A stretch of 64,000 nucleotides of DNA from Bacillota bacterium (GTDB lineage Bacteria; Bacillota_I; Bacilli_A; RFN20; CAG-288): contig DAISOU010000003.1 of the NCBI GenBank assembly GCA_036830315.1, positions 30,064 through 94,063 of the forward strand. Reading direction: 5' to 3'. The notes below the pieces were generated by a model, which saw nothing but the letters and a program-made list of their open reading frames with translations, was not told the origin of the DNA and did no database searches. A program made the translations under genes and the position numbers. Below are positions 46,301 through 55,941 of this stretch, piece by piece; the first letter of the stretch is position 1, and every line of letters begins with the position of its first letter.

Positions 46301-47444
46301 AGCTGATGGCGCCACTAAGCTTTCTCTCAACTATGATATTGATTCTAAGCTTCACGCTGGTTCTGCTTCGGCCAATACTCTCTTAGCTGTCTTCTTTGTC
46401 AATCGTTCTATATCTGATGCTTCCTGGTCTATCAAGAAGGGTTCAACTTCTGTATCCACTGGAAAGATTGCTGATTATGGTTATGCCTCAGGCGGTATTA
46501 CTTCTAGCGGCAGTCTGACTAAGTCCTGGTTATATACCGGTGACGGCATCATGATGCATCACGGCATCGCTCAGATTCCATTAAGTGCTGTCAATGAAGG
46601 CGAATATACTCTTGAATTCTCCTTTGCCTTAAAGGGTGTCTCCACTACTCAGAAAAAGACCTATACTCTGGTTGTCGACAAGACTGATCCTGTCTATGAG
46701 GGCGTCGCTACTTCTACTAGCAACAATAAGAACTACATGACTCTTACCACTAACGGCGGCAATGCAGCTTACTATGCTAATTCTATCGGTTACAACACAG
46801 CTAAGGTCGCCGGAAGCAGCAACTCCTATTCTGCCAAGATCGCCTTGAGAGATACCAACATCGAGAATGAATCTGTTCTTGTCAGCGCTCAGGATATCAA
46901 TCACAACGAATCTAAATACCTTATCAATCCTCTTGATACCTCTATCGTTGCCAAATCTAGTCAGTTCACTAATAAGATGAAGATCTCTGCTGCTTTGCTT
47001 AACTCCAGCGGCGGTCAGTATCAGTATGATTTCGCTATCGCCGACTTCAACGACAACCCCATCACTCTCAAGGCCGATTATGAAATCTATGTCCAATTGG
47101 CTACTGGTCTTACGGCCTCTGACCTCGATGTCAGTGTCGATTCCGAAGATCAGTCATTCACCTATGATGCCACTACCGGTATTCTCACCATCAAGATGCC
47201 TCGTAGCGCAGCCGGTTTCACCATCAACTCCAAGCTCATCAACAAATCTACTTTAGGAGAACAGACTTCTTCTGGTTCTTCCTCAAGTTCTTCTTCTTCG
47301 TCTTCTTCCACTTCCGATAACACTTCTTCCTCTACTAGTGGCGGCGGATGCGGCGGAAGCATCATCGCTGTCTCCTCAATCGTCGGTGCAGCTGCTTTAG
47401 TCGGTGTCGGACTTCTCATCAAAAAGAAGAGAGAAGATAAGTAA
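43347..47444 (+). CDS. Cell-envelope subtilisin-like serine protease (S8, lactocepin/C5a-peptidase type) with I9 propeptide, PA-domain insert and a C-terminal Ser-rich linker plus TM anchor
   Basis: 1365 aa with a signal peptide. The catalytic residues are Asp (VGIIDTGL), His (HGTHVASMA) and Ser (DGTSMATPNVTGA). The PA insert is VAVVDRGSISFTEKIRNATSSGAKAVIVVNN. The C-terminus reads ...SSSSSSSSSSS...TSGGGCGGSIIAVSSIVGAAALVGVGLLIKKKREDK. Confidence 0.9.
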   Translation: MKKLLSVLSLATIVGVGALSAQSNEVVIPGTEKNSQKSYLVTLDGEANEENKERNEVQLNEVLNELAYKLPKDSYTIDYTYDTVMNGFAVKTYSGLENVIKSISHVASVEESHSYSAPAENLTTTTYQGGVRTSMTPEEVQAAKLVNYSAETMHATGTDITAAIKDVTGTESASQGGKNVSVGIIDTGLFLNQVEGTAARTAALATAEKGNYTLTAPAFKDFTDTSFNKLTAEKVAAVAGLKGSNYTRINNKIPFSFDYADNDGNVDPTGGQEASEHGTHVASMASANGTAFQGIAPNAQVAVLKVFGNNAAGAGDTAIIAALEDSAKLGLDVVNLSLGSDLIDYDDTPTNGVYQALEKCSEAGVIVNFAAGNSGKSSYSGSKGYSDWTTDTVETSITGSEAHMDEGANIVAASNPNRAFYSSIMTIGDTAVSYDDQVINKTGSTIHYEKPLPFSTLIPEGQDEVALKYVRIGGLGAASDYTDDIKASISAGNNVAVVDRGSISFTEKIRNATSSGAKAVIVVNNDPSLTFNFSFDFNGYEPTIPVVLVYKSMSSIFGAAGNTGDIKLATNTVQESPDGNVIASFSSDGPSYNLDISPTIAGPGKQTMGAVVATNNATNSGIVGYDNFDGTSMATPNVTGAMALTLGEKNPDNNGDLASASAEKYATFKSYLSSIAMSTADQLVDTTKETLTSPRMQGAGVINPRNILATNSYVSYHNQDVGEYSNTFESKVELKNTGSLKVSDFTATTPNYVEFEYTIHNESANTRTYKPALSLMIPSLRVQQTQAEYDESDATSKVDVPVNLPSTITMSVNDDEVAIPEDHQLTGTVVVPAMGSVTATAKVRIDDLAFSKKWNDVKNADFTGTLKEYIAKYFKDAGGTYVEGYLNLNEVGKSEDTTKVSHKLSVPYMGFYGDYTVGKAVEDFDFEKEDGRLYNSEMIDSYVQNLSNAEYRKSNAYTGSTLTAVASNFSSTNIENIAKLNTSGKADGATKLSLNYDIDSKLHAGSASANTLLAVFFVNRSISDASWSIKKGSTSVSTGKIADYGYASGGITSSGSLTKSWLYTGDGIMMHHGIAQIPLSAVNEGEYTLEFSFALKGVSTTQKKTYTLVVDKTDPVYEGVATSTSNNKNYMTLTTNGGNAAYYANSIGYNTAKVAGSSNSYSAKIALRDTNIENESVLVSAQDINHNESKYLINPLDTSIVAKSSQFTNKMKISAALLNSSGGQYQYDFAIADFNDNPITLKADYEIYVQLATGLTASDLDVSVDSEDQSFTYDATTGILTIKMPRSAAGFTINSKLINKSTLGEQTSSGSSSSSSSSSSSTSDNTSSSTSGGGCGGSIIAVSSIVGAAALVGVGLLIKKKREDK

Positions 47445-47462
47445 GCTTTAAGTCAACTCAGT

Positions 47463-47501
47463 GCAAAAGCCCCGGAGAAATGCCGAGGCTTTTGCTTTCT
47501 T
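47463..47501 (+). terminator. Rho-independent terminator after the S8 protease gene
   Basis: The stem GCAAAAGCC / GGCTTTTGC is followed by TTTCTT. Confidence 0.7.
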
Positions 47502-47535
47502 AAGAGACTATCAACCTAAAGAAAAGAAATAAAAG

Positions 47536-47919
47536 ATGTTTATTGATTCTGAAACAAAAAAGAAGATTATCTGCTGGGCTATCGCTATCGCCATTCCTTT
47601 GATAGTGATCATCCCTTTAAGGTTCTTCTCAAACTTCGGTCTGAGTAATTCCTGCCTGATTCCAGGTGTTCTTTATCTGGGCTTTGTTTCTCTCTATTAT
47701 GTCGTCAGATGGGGTACCTTTGATCTATTCCGCTTCCAGCTGTCAAATTGGGCCAGCACTCTCAAATATCACGGAAAGAAGAAATATCGTGATTATGAAG
47801 ATTATCAGAACATCATGCAGGACAAGAGAAAACAGAAGCACTTCATCTGGCTTCCTTGGACGTCTTTAGGAATACTACTTGTAGTATTGTCTATCGTTTT
47901 TGCTTTCTATCCTGTATAA
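47536..47919 (+). CDS. Small membrane protein (DUF3899-like)
   Basis: 127 aa with three hydrophobic helices and a basic loop (YHGKKKYRDYEDYQ). Confidence 0.6.
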   Translation: MFIDSETKKKIICWAIAIAIPLIVIIPLRFFSNFGLSNSCLIPGVLYLGFVSLYYVVRWGTFDLFRFQLSNWASTLKYHGKKKYRDYEDYQNIMQDKRKQKHFIWLPWTSLGILLVVLSIVFAFYPV

Positions 47920-47978
47920 TAAGTAAGCGCTTTTAGAGATTTCTTTACGTTGGTTAGGGACTTTGAAAAAATACGTTA

Positions 47979-48006
47979 TTGACTATGTTTTATTAAATAA
48001 TAAAAT
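47979..48006 (+). promoter_or_regulatory. Candidate sigma-A promoter of the opp operon
   Basis: TTGACT (47979-47984), a 16-nt spacer, then TAAAAT (48001-48006). It lies 58 nt upstream of the oppA start. Confidence 0.5.
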
Positions 48007-48063
48007 ATTATTATCTATCTTTGCGTCAACTTACGACAAAAAATAAACGGAGGATATACACTC

Positions 48064-51018
48064 ATGAAGAAATTACAGAGAATTTTAGGGCTCGCAATCA
48101 TCGCATCTATTGCGGTTTTGGGATCTTGCAGTCCAGCAACCAGCAGCACCACTTCCGGAGGCGGACAGTCAACGTCGACTGGCACTTCCGATTATGACTT
48201 CTTTGTCAATTACAAAGGCGAAGAAGTTAAAAACAACGGCAGCTATAGCATCTCCGTCGGTGAGAAAGCTACTAGCGTCGCTGCTACCGCTTTAGGTTCC
48301 ACAGGCGTCAAGTTTGCCTATTCCTCCAGCGCCGCTGATGTTTTAAGCGTCAGCGATAAAGGCCTTCTTTCTCCTAAGGCTGTCGGAACTGCTGTCATCA
48401 CCGTCAAAGTAGACGGAACTACTGGCAGTGACATCGTCATGAACTTCACGGTTGAAAAGACTTCTTCAGCCGCTGGCGCTCAGTCTTATGCCAGTGTCTC
48501 CTATGATGAAAAGAGCAGACTGTTAGCCACGCTTGAAGATTATGCTGTCGATAACTATCTCACCGGTATCACCATGTTCTCAAATGGCGGATACGCGGTT
48601 TACAATGAACGTTATGTTCCGGCTCCCCGTGAATATGTTGTCGGTTATGGCTGGGGCACATCCCGTGAAGGATCTCTTAAAAAAGAGCTTCCCGGCGCTA
48701 TCGGAAAACATCCTACTTATTACACTATCGGAACTACCGGCTTAGCTCAGAAGGCCAATGCTCTTGATGCCTCTGGATCAGATGTATCAAGTCTTTATGG
48801 ATATATTTCCAACTCTTATTATTCGACTCGTCTGAATCAAAACGGCGATGGATACGAATGGTATCCTAATTTGGCTGTTGATAGTGAAAAGCGTCCTATC
48901 GCCATGAATGACGATGGAACTGTCGCTTCCAATCAGACTGGTGCTACTCATTCCAGATGGAGAATCCACCTGAGAAGCGGTGTCAAGTATGCCACCTCTT
49001 CATCGAAGACCGTCAACGGCGTCAACCTTTCTTCATATAACGGAAAAACTGTTGAATTAGCCGATTATCTAACTCCTATCAAACTTATGCTGACTAACTG
49101 GAACGGTCAGTATCGTGGTGCTGAAATGACCAAAGGCGTTTCCGGTTTTGCCGGTGCCGCCGATTATTTCGCTGATACTGGTTCCAATAAGACCGGAAAC
49201 AGCAGTGCCCTTTGGGATGATACCCTTTGGAATCAGCATATGGGTGACAATATAAAAACCGGAACAGATGATACCGGTAATTATATCGAATTTAACCTTT
49301 TACTTCCCTGCACTCAGTTCTATGCCATGTATTATATTTCCAGCAACCTCTATTCTCCGCTCCCTGAAAGCTTCATCAAGACTATCGGAGTAGGATCGTT
49401 TGGTGTCAATGACAGCACCAGATCGCTTACTCCTGTCGATACCATGCTTTCAAGCGGACCTTATTTTATCGATCAGTTTGATGATGGCACAATTTCTCTT
49501 AAGAAGAATCCTAACTACTATTACACTAAGGATACTTTTGCCGACGGCAATACCAGAGATGTCTATCAGCTTCCCGGTATCGATATGGTATATATCTCCA
49601 GCGATCAGCTTAAGAACCAGTTTGAAAATGGAGCCATCGATAACTATTCCCCAGATAAAGACGCTCTAAAGACAGTTTATAATACTGATTCCGGTGTTTC
49701 TTCTAATGGTGTCAAATGGAACAGATACCTTACTAAAGGCGACGCTAACTTTAAGCTCAATGTCAATGCCACTACTCAGGAGCAGTGGAACAATATGTTT
49801 GGAACCACTGGTTCTGTTTATCCGCATACTTCTGCTCAGATTCAAACCAGCGAATGGGGAACCAGAAAGAAATACCTTTCCGATCACGATTTCCTCAACT
49901 TCCTTTCCTTTGGCTTAGACAGAGCTGCTATTTCTTCTGCCCACGGCAGTCAGGCTACTCAGGAATATTTCTCAGACAACTATCTTATCGATCCTGAATC
50001 CGGTGTTTCCTATAATTCCACCGACGCACACAAGGCTGTTTTACTTGATCGTTATAATGAAACTTATGGTTTCAACGAAGCTGCCGCTAAGGAAGCTTTG
50101 ACTAACGCCTTCGAAAACACTATTCTTCCGATGGCTGAAAACAAAGAGCTTACTGCTTCCGGTACTTCCGGTACCGCTGGCACTGCTGCTAATCCCTGGG
50201 CTGTCAAGATTACGATGAATTGGATGAATCCTTCTGATGTTACTGACTATAGCGATGTCTTTGTCTCTCTCAATAGAATCTTCTCGGAAGTTTCCACTGA
50301 AGATTATGGCGGCTGCTATAAACTTGTAATAACTGAAAAGCCTGGTACTGCTGATTTCAATCAGGTCTATGACACGATGAAGCACGGCGAATATGACTTA
50401 GGATTCGGAGCTATTTCCGGAAACGATCTTAACCCGCTCAACTTCTTTGAAGTCCTGAAGTCTGATAACTCTTCTGATTTCACTCTCAACTGGGGTGTTG
50501 ACACCAGCAAGACCAGCCCTGATATCGTCTACGATGGCAAGACCTGGTCCTTTGATGGCTTATGGAAAGCCGGCGATACCGGTGTTGCCTTAGCTAACGA
50601 TGGTTCTATCGCCAACATTTCCAACGTCTCCACTGCTCATACTTCTGCTGACGGCAAGACTAAGTATGATTCAGCTTCCACTTCTGATTTGACTATCACC
50701 TATAAGATTTCCTTCAAGGCCTTAATCGAAGGCGGAGCCACTAATCTCAATGTCAAGATCTATGGTCTGAGCAATGCCTCTGGCGGTGCTTTCACCTTAG
50801 CTCAGCTTGGAGCCACTGAAGCCAATAACTATGTTGGAAACGTCACTATCATCAACGCTCTCAACCACTATATCGATGAAGCTTCCGGCAAGACTTTACT
50901 TGCTTCCACTGCTTCCATCAACGTCAACTATGACCTTGTCATCAACAACGTCAGGACTCCTGTCACTGTCATCCTCAAGGTACCTACCTATGCCGGTGTC
51001 TTCGGGCTTCCTGAATAA
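48064..51018 (+). CDS. oppA: Oversized oligopeptide-binding lipoprotein (family 5 SBP-like) with an N-terminal Ig-like (Big_2-type) domain
   Basis: 984 aa with lipobox VLGS-C. It has an Ig-like segment (AADVLSVSDKGLLSPKAVGTAVITVKV). It is the first gene of an oppBCDF operon and has RBS GGAGG. The SBP assignment rests mainly on context and general sequence character. Confidence 0.75.
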   Translation: MKKLQRILGLAIIASIAVLGSCSPATSSTTSGGGQSTSTGTSDYDFFVNYKGEEVKNNGSYSISVGEKATSVAATALGSTGVKFAYSSSAADVLSVSDKGLLSPKAVGTAVITVKVDGTTGSDIVMNFTVEKTSSAAGAQSYASVSYDEKSRLLATLEDYAVDNYLTGITMFSNGGYAVYNERYVPAPREYVVGYGWGTSREGSLKKELPGAIGKHPTYYTIGTTGLAQKANALDASGSDVSSLYGYISNSYYSTRLNQNGDGYEWYPNLAVDSEKRPIAMNDDGTVASNQTGATHSRWRIHLRSGVKYATSSSKTVNGVNLSSYNGKTVELADYLTPIKLMLTNWNGQYRGAEMTKGVSGFAGAADYFADTGSNKTGNSSALWDDTLWNQHMGDNIKTGTDDTGNYIEFNLLLPCTQFYAMYYISSNLYSPLPESFIKTIGVGSFGVNDSTRSLTPVDTMLSSGPYFIDQFDDGTISLKKNPNYYYTKDTFADGNTRDVYQLPGIDMVYISSDQLKNQFENGAIDNYSPDKDALKTVYNTDSGVSSNGVKWNRYLTKGDANFKLNVNATTQEQWNNMFGTTGSVYPHTSAQIQTSEWGTRKKYLSDHDFLNFLSFGLDRAAISSAHGSQATQEYFSDNYLIDPESGVSYNSTDAHKAVLLDRYNETYGFNEAAAKEALTNAFENTILPMAENKELTASGTSGTAGTAANPWAVKITMNWMNPSDVTDYSDVFVSLNRIFSEVSTEDYGGCYKLVITEKPGTADFNQVYDTMKHGEYDLGFGAISGNDLNPLNFFEVLKSDNSSDFTLNWGVDTSKTSPDIVYDGKTWSFDGLWKAGDTGVALANDGSIANISNVSTAHTSADGKTKYDSASTSDLTITYKISFKALIEGGATNLNVKIYGLSNASGGAFTLAQLGATEANNYVGNVTIINALNHYIDEASGKTLLASTASINVNYDLVINNVRTPVTVILKVPTYAGVFGLPE

Positions 51019-51029
51019 TATCAACTAAA

Positions 51030-52079
51030 ATGCCTTATATAGTAAAATATAGCTTAAAAAGACTGGGATTGCTTTTAGTAACAACTTTCATTATTCTCAC
51101 AATCACCTTTTTCCTTGTCAAGATGCTTCCTGATGCTGCCATGCCTTCCACTTCTTCCCAGCTCTTCGCTTACTGTGAAGACCAGGTTACTCTTGGCAAC
51201 TACATCAGAAGTCTTGAGGACGACCCGACTATCGGAGAGTTCATCACGACTGTTGATACTGGAAACGTCACTTACTACTACTATCGTTCTCCCCTTGTCA
51301 TTCAGTATGGAAACTGGCTGACTGGAATCTTCACCAGATGGGATTGGGGTACTTCAACTGCCATTCAGGTCGGCAACTCTGCCATGTATATCATCGGCCA
51401 GAAGCTTAAGCCGACTATCCTTATCAATATCATCACCATCATCATCGCTGTTCCTCTCGGTTTCCTCTTTGGTATCATCGCTGCCTTAAAGAAGAACAAA
51501 GCTGCCGATAACGTCATCTCTACCTTGGTCATGGTCTTGATTTCTGTTCCTTCCTTTGTCATCATCTCTCTTCTGATGCTGGTCTTATGCTTCAACAATC
51601 ATCTTCTTCCTTCTCATTGGCCAGTCAGCAACGATGCCACAGTCGGTGAATACGCCCTAGCTCTTGTAATACCCGTTATCGCCGGCACCTTCTCAACAGT
51701 TGCCGTCTTTACCCGTTACACCAGAGCTGAACTTTGCGAAGTCATGTCTTCTGAGTTCTTGCTTTTAGCCAGAACCAAAGGTTTGTCGAAGAGACAGTGC
51801 ATTGTAAGACACGCTCTTAGAAACTCTTTAGTACCTATTGTTCCGATGATCATCGGACAGTTTATCGGTATTTTGAGCGGTTCGATGATCTTGGAACAGA
51901 TCTACGGAATCGCCGGTATCGGACGTCTCTTTGTCGACTGCATCACCTACAAGGATTACAACGTTCTCTTAGTCGATATGGCCGTATTTACGATGATTGG
52001 CTTAGCTGCCAACCTTCTTGTCGACTTAAGTTATGGTATTGTCGATCCTCGTATCAGAATGGGAGCTAAGAACGCATGA
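51030..52079 (+). CDS. oppB: Oligopeptide ABC transporter permease
   Basis: 349 aa. It has the N-terminal YIVKYSLKRLG..., typical of OppB/DppB. It also has an EAA-loop region (FLLLARTKGLSKRQCIVRHALRNSLVP). Confidence 0.9.
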   Translation: MPYIVKYSLKRLGLLLVTTFIILTITFFLVKMLPDAAMPSTSSQLFAYCEDQVTLGNYIRSLEDDPTIGEFITTVDTGNVTYYYYRSPLVIQYGNWLTGIFTRWDWGTSTAIQVGNSAMYIIGQKLKPTILINIITIIIAVPLGFLFGIIAALKKNKAADNVISTLVMVLISVPSFVIISLLMLVLCFNNHLLPSHWPVSNDATVGEYALALVIPVIAGTFSTVAVFTRYTRAELCEVMSSEFLLLARTKGLSKRQCIVRHALRNSLVPIVPMIIGQFIGILSGSMILEQIYGIAGIGRLFVDCITYKDYNVLLVDMAVFTMIGLAANLLVDLSYGIVDPRIRMGAKNA

Positions 52080-54202
52080 ACGATCAAGATAAAAAGCCCC
52101 AGAACAGCGAAGAAGAATTTGAATTCCGACCTATCGACATCAAATATCAGGCCGGTCAGGAAGGAAGAGGCGAAGACGATGAGCCTATTTCCAATGATGA
52201 ATTCAAGTTTGTTCAGGAAGACAAGAGTCTTCACGATACTAAGTTCACCACTAAGCCGACTACTTTTTTCAAAGATGCTATGCATCGTTTTTCCAAGAAC
52301 CACTCCTCCGTTGTCGGAGGCGTGATTTTAGGAGTTCTTTTCCTTTTGGCTATCATTCTTCCTATTGATGGCGTTGTTCCTTATGATTTGAAACTTACTC
52401 CTAGCGGTGTTGCTGTCTCTTCTTATGAGCAGCATCTTCCGTCTAAGATCACTAATGCCGGAAGCGGATTCTGGGATGGAACTCAGACTTTCAAGAACCA
52501 GCCTTATCCGTATGACGAAAACAATAACTACATCGGAACTGATCCTGATGATTCAGCTATTGTCTCAATCACTGACAAGAAATCGGGCTATGCCTCATCC
52601 AATATCTCTTTGGCCAATGCCAAAGGCGGATATATGGTTTTGTCTTCTGAAATAACTGAAGCTGTTCAGACCAGAAGCACCTATGCCTATGCCTATAATT
52701 TTGTTCTTTCCAGCGATTATGACTTCACTCTTTCTTATTCTTTAGGCTGGAACAAAGATGCTGGCTATGAGATGCCTTCTTACTCTGTTTTCATGAAGTA
52801 TAACGACGAGTATCATAACATCACTGAGAGAACTACTGCTTTAGGCACTATGAGCACTGATCCTTTAGCAGACGGACAGGAAGTCACAGGTTATTCTACT
52901 CAGACTGTCAATTTCTCTGAGTATCTCAGAACTACCTTCCCCTCAACTACAACCTTCAATCAGGTCAACATCGGAATCATCTTCGATACCTCCACTACCT
53001 CTAGCACTGCTTTATATGTGAAAGACTTCGTTTTTTCTGCTGACCACACTGATAAACTCACCAGCCGTGTCAAACGTGATCTGAAATTGAGAAGCTTCGG
53101 TGACGCCAAAACTTTTGGTGATGACAGTGTATTTGGTGATGCAAATACCTGTGTCGGCCAGACTAAGAACAATTCCGATGCATCCGCAAACCTCAGTTAT
53201 TGGGCAACTAATACTAAGCCTTCTTTAGCTGACTTAAAGACTGACACCTGCACTATCTTAAAGGATATGTATCAGCTGACTTATGGCCCTCGCAAGAATA
53301 TCAATATTCCTAAGAAGACTTTCGATAACTGGATTTCCAAAGGCTATATCAACTGGGATTACGCTAACCCCACTTTGAATAAGTCAATTATGACTGAGGC
53401 GGGCGAAAAGAGCGGAGAAGTCTATGTTCTCTCTGTTCAGAACGTCAATACCTCATCAGACGCTGATAAGACCAACATGGTCTGCACAGTCCTCACTTAT
53501 AAATGGTTAGGATATGATACGATGCCGATGCATGTCTTTGGCACTGACAACTTAGGCAAGGACATTCTCAAATATACCTTCTCAGGTCTGAGAACTTCTC
53601 TGTTATTGGGAATCATCGTCTCAGCTATCAACATCTTAATCGGTGTCATCTGGGGTTCCATCACCGGATATTTCGGCGGTCTTCTCGATATTTCCATGGA
53701 ACGTATCGTCGATGTCTTAAGCGGTATTCCCTGGATTGTCTTAATGACAGTCTTAGCTGTTAAATTCGGTTCTAACTTCTGGGTCTTTGCCCTTGCTCTC
53801 TGTCTCACCGGATGGATAGGAACCGAATCCATTACGAGATCTCAGTTCTATCGATACCGAGACCGAGAATATGTTCTGGCAGCAAGAACTTTAGGTGCCA
53901 AGGCTCCTCGTCTTATCTTCAAGCACATTCTGCCTAATGCAATTGGTACTATCATCACTTCTTCTGTTTTGATGATTCCGTCCGTCATCTTCTCTGAAGC
54001 TACTATCTCTTACTTGAACTTAGGTCTTCAGGGAGTAGATTCCTTAGGTGTCATTCTTTCCACGAACCAGAAATACTTAGGATCCTATCCTGTGGAGCTT
54101 TTGATTCCTTCTATCATCATCTCATTATTGATGATCTGCTTTAACCTCTTTGGCAACGGCTTAAGAGACGCCTTTAACCCGTCTTTGAAGGGAGATGAAT
54201 AA
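52076..54202 (+). CDS. oppC: Oligopeptide ABC transporter permease with a roughly 400-aa extracytoplasmic insertion after TM1
   Basis: 708 aa. The conserved core begins at VFGTDNLGKDILKYTFSGLRTSLLLG, and an EAA-type loop is present (YVLAARTLGAKAPRLIFKHILPN). Residues ~100-495 have no counterpart in ordinary ~300-aa OppC proteins. Confidence 0.85.
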   Translation: MNDQDKKPQNSEEEFEFRPIDIKYQAGQEGRGEDDEPISNDEFKFVQEDKSLHDTKFTTKPTTFFKDAMHRFSKNHSSVVGGVILGVLFLLAIILPIDGVVPYDLKLTPSGVAVSSYEQHLPSKITNAGSGFWDGTQTFKNQPYPYDENNNYIGTDPDDSAIVSITDKKSGYASSNISLANAKGGYMVLSSEITEAVQTRSTYAYAYNFVLSSDYDFTLSYSLGWNKDAGYEMPSYSVFMKYNDEYHNITERTTALGTMSTDPLADGQEVTGYSTQTVNFSEYLRTTFPSTTTFNQVNIGIIFDTSTTSSTALYVKDFVFSADHTDKLTSRVKRDLKLRSFGDAKTFGDDSVFGDANTCVGQTKNNSDASANLSYWATNTKPSLADLKTDTCTILKDMYQLTYGPRKNINIPKKTFDNWISKGYINWDYANPTLNKSIMTEAGEKSGEVYVLSVQNVNTSSDADKTNMVCTVLTYKWLGYDTMPMHVFGTDNLGKDILKYTFSGLRTSLLLGIIVSAINILIGVIWGSITGYFGGLLDISMERIVDVLSGIPWIVLMTVLAVKFGSNFWVFALALCLTGWIGTESITRSQFYRYRDREYVLAARTLGAKAPRLIFKHILPNAIGTIITSSVLMIPSVIFSEATISYLNLGLQGVDSLGVILSTNQKYLGSYPVELLIPSIIISLLMICFNLFGNGLRDAFNPSLKGDE

Positions 54203-54204
54203 AC

Positions 54205-55941
54205 ATGTCTGACAACAATAACAAAAAATTAATTCTCTCAGTCAGAGACTTGAAGATTTCCTTCAAGACTGACGAAGGCTTAGTCCACGCCGTTCGCGGA
54301 GTCTCTTTTGATTTGTTCAAAGGCGAGACTTTATGCATCGTCGGAGAATCCGGTTCCGGAAAATCCGTCACTTCCAAGACCATCATGGGTATTCTTCCTG
54401 CTTCGGCTGTTATCGAAGAAGGAGAAATCATCTATCAGGGCGAAGACCTGACTAAGATCGACGAAACTGAATTCCATCGTATCCGCGGTCATAAGATCGG
54501 CATGATCTTCCAAGATCCTCTTTCTTCCCTTAACCCGATCATGAAGGTCGGAAAACAGATCACAGAGGCCATGCTCGTCAATAAGAACCGTTTAGCCAGA
54601 ATGAAAGATCAGATCATCTCTCAGGAAGAGGCTAACTACAAGAACAACAAGGTCAGACGTGACTCTAAGATCGAACAGGCTTTTGGAAAAGTTCAGGAAT
54701 CTGACGGTGAATTTGATTCTAAGATCAGTATGCTTGACAGAAATCTCAAGGATATCTCCTTTAAGATGTCTACCTGTGCAAAAGGGTCGAAAGAATATGA
54801 TGAATTAGCTTTAGAATATAAGAACATGTCTGCTTCCAACAAGAAAACCAAAGTCCAGCTTATCGCTGAAAAGAAACAGGAGCATAAGAAACTCCTCGTT
54901 CTTGCCAAAGGTATCAAGAAAGAAGCCGAACGTGACTATAAGAAGGAACAGCCTTTACTTAAAGCAGCTTTGAAAAAGAAAGAAAAAGAAGCTGTCGTTG
55001 AGATCAAAGCCTATCAAGAAGAAAAAGAAAAAGAATATAAGAACAACATCCTTCTTGTCGACAAAGAGATTGCCGATATCAAAAACAACTACGAGAAAAC
55101 CATCAGTCAGATGAAAAACGGTCTTTCTTCTGCTGCTTCCCGCCTTTTAGCCAAGCAGGAACTTGAGAAGAAAGTCCAAGAATACGAAGATAAGCTCAAA
55201 GCAGCCGAAGAAAAGAAAATAGGAATTGCCGATGCTTATCGTCAGTGCTTTAAGATCACTAAGAAAGAAGCCCGTGAAGAAGCTCTCAAGGTTATGGCTG
55301 AAGTCGGTATTCCGCAGCCGGAAATCAGATTCAACCAATATCCTTTTGAATTCTCAGGCGGTATGCGTCAGCGTATTGTCATCGCCATCGCTTTGACTGC
55401 CAATCCGGAAGTCCTTATCTGCGATGAGCCGACTACTGCTCTTGACGTCACCATTCAGGCTCAGATTCTTGAGCTTATCAACAAACTCAAACGTGAACGA
55501 AATATGTCCATCATCTTTATCACCCACGATTTAGGCGTTGTTGCCAATATGGCTGACAGAGTAGCTGTCATGTATGCCGGCAAGATTGTCGAAGTAGGTA
55601 CTGCAAACGAGATCTTCTATGATCCCCGTCATCCTTATACCTGGGCTTTGCTTTCTTCCATTCCTGATATCGACTCTCATGAAAAACTTGAAGCAATTCC
55701 CGGCACTCCTCCTTATCTTCTCTATCCTCCTAAAGGTGATGCCTTTGCAGCCAGAAACAAATATGCACTGGCGGTGGACTTCAAAGAAGACCCGCCGTTC
55801 TTCAAGATCACGGATACCCATTATGCTGCCACTTGGCTTTTGGATAAACGTGCTCCTAAGACTGAGAAACCTAAGATAGTCTCTCAGAGAATCAAAGCAT
55901 CTTTAGAAAGGGCAGGTGTTAAAAATGAGTCAGAACTCTAA
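54205..55941 (+). CDS. oppD: Oligopeptide ABC transporter ATPase with a roughly 200-aa Lys/Glu-rich insertion
   Basis: 578 aa. Motifs present are Walker A GESGSGKS, Q-loop IFQDP, signature FSGGMRQR, Walker B LICDEPTTALD and H-loop ITHDL. The insertion lies between the Q-loop and the signature. Confidence 0.9.
   Translation: MSDNNNKKLILSVRDLKISFKTDEGLVHAVRGVSFDLFKGETLCIVGESGSGKSVTSKTIMGILPASAVIEEGEIIYQGEDLTKIDETEFHRIRGHKIGMIFQDPLSSLNPIMKVGKQITEAMLVNKNRLARMKDQIISQEEANYKNNKVRRDSKIEQAFGKVQESDGEFDSKISMLDRNLKDISFKMSTCAKGSKEYDELALEYKNMSASNKKTKVQLIAEKKQEHKKLLVLAKGIKKEAERDYKKEQPLLKAALKKKEKEAVVEIKAYQEEKEKEYKNNILLVDKEIADIKNNYEKTISQMKNGLSSAASRLLAKQELEKKVQEYEDKLKAAEEKKIGIADAYRQCFKITKKEAREEALKVMAEVGIPQPEIRFNQYPFEFSGGMRQRIVIAIALTANPEVLICDEPTTALDVTIQAQILELINKLKRERNMSIIFITHDLGVVANMADRVAVMYAGKIVEVGTANEIFYDPRHPYTWALLSSIPDIDSHEKLEAIPGTPPYLLYPPKGDAFAARNKYALAVDFKEDPPFFKITDTHYAATWLLDKRAPKTEKPKIVSQRIKASLERAGVKNESEL

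Noticed and set aside
47162-47422. 86-aa minus-strand ORF, and the Ser-codon run considered as a possible repeat array
   Set aside because: The ORF is antisense to the Ser-rich linker of the S8 protease. The TCT/TCC run is coding low complexity, not a CRISPR array or a structured tandem repeat.
47922-47935. AGTAAGCGCTTTTA upstream of oppA as a fourth cre site
   Set aside because: It has two mismatches to the consensus at conserved positions, so I mention it only as a weak relative and not as a feature.
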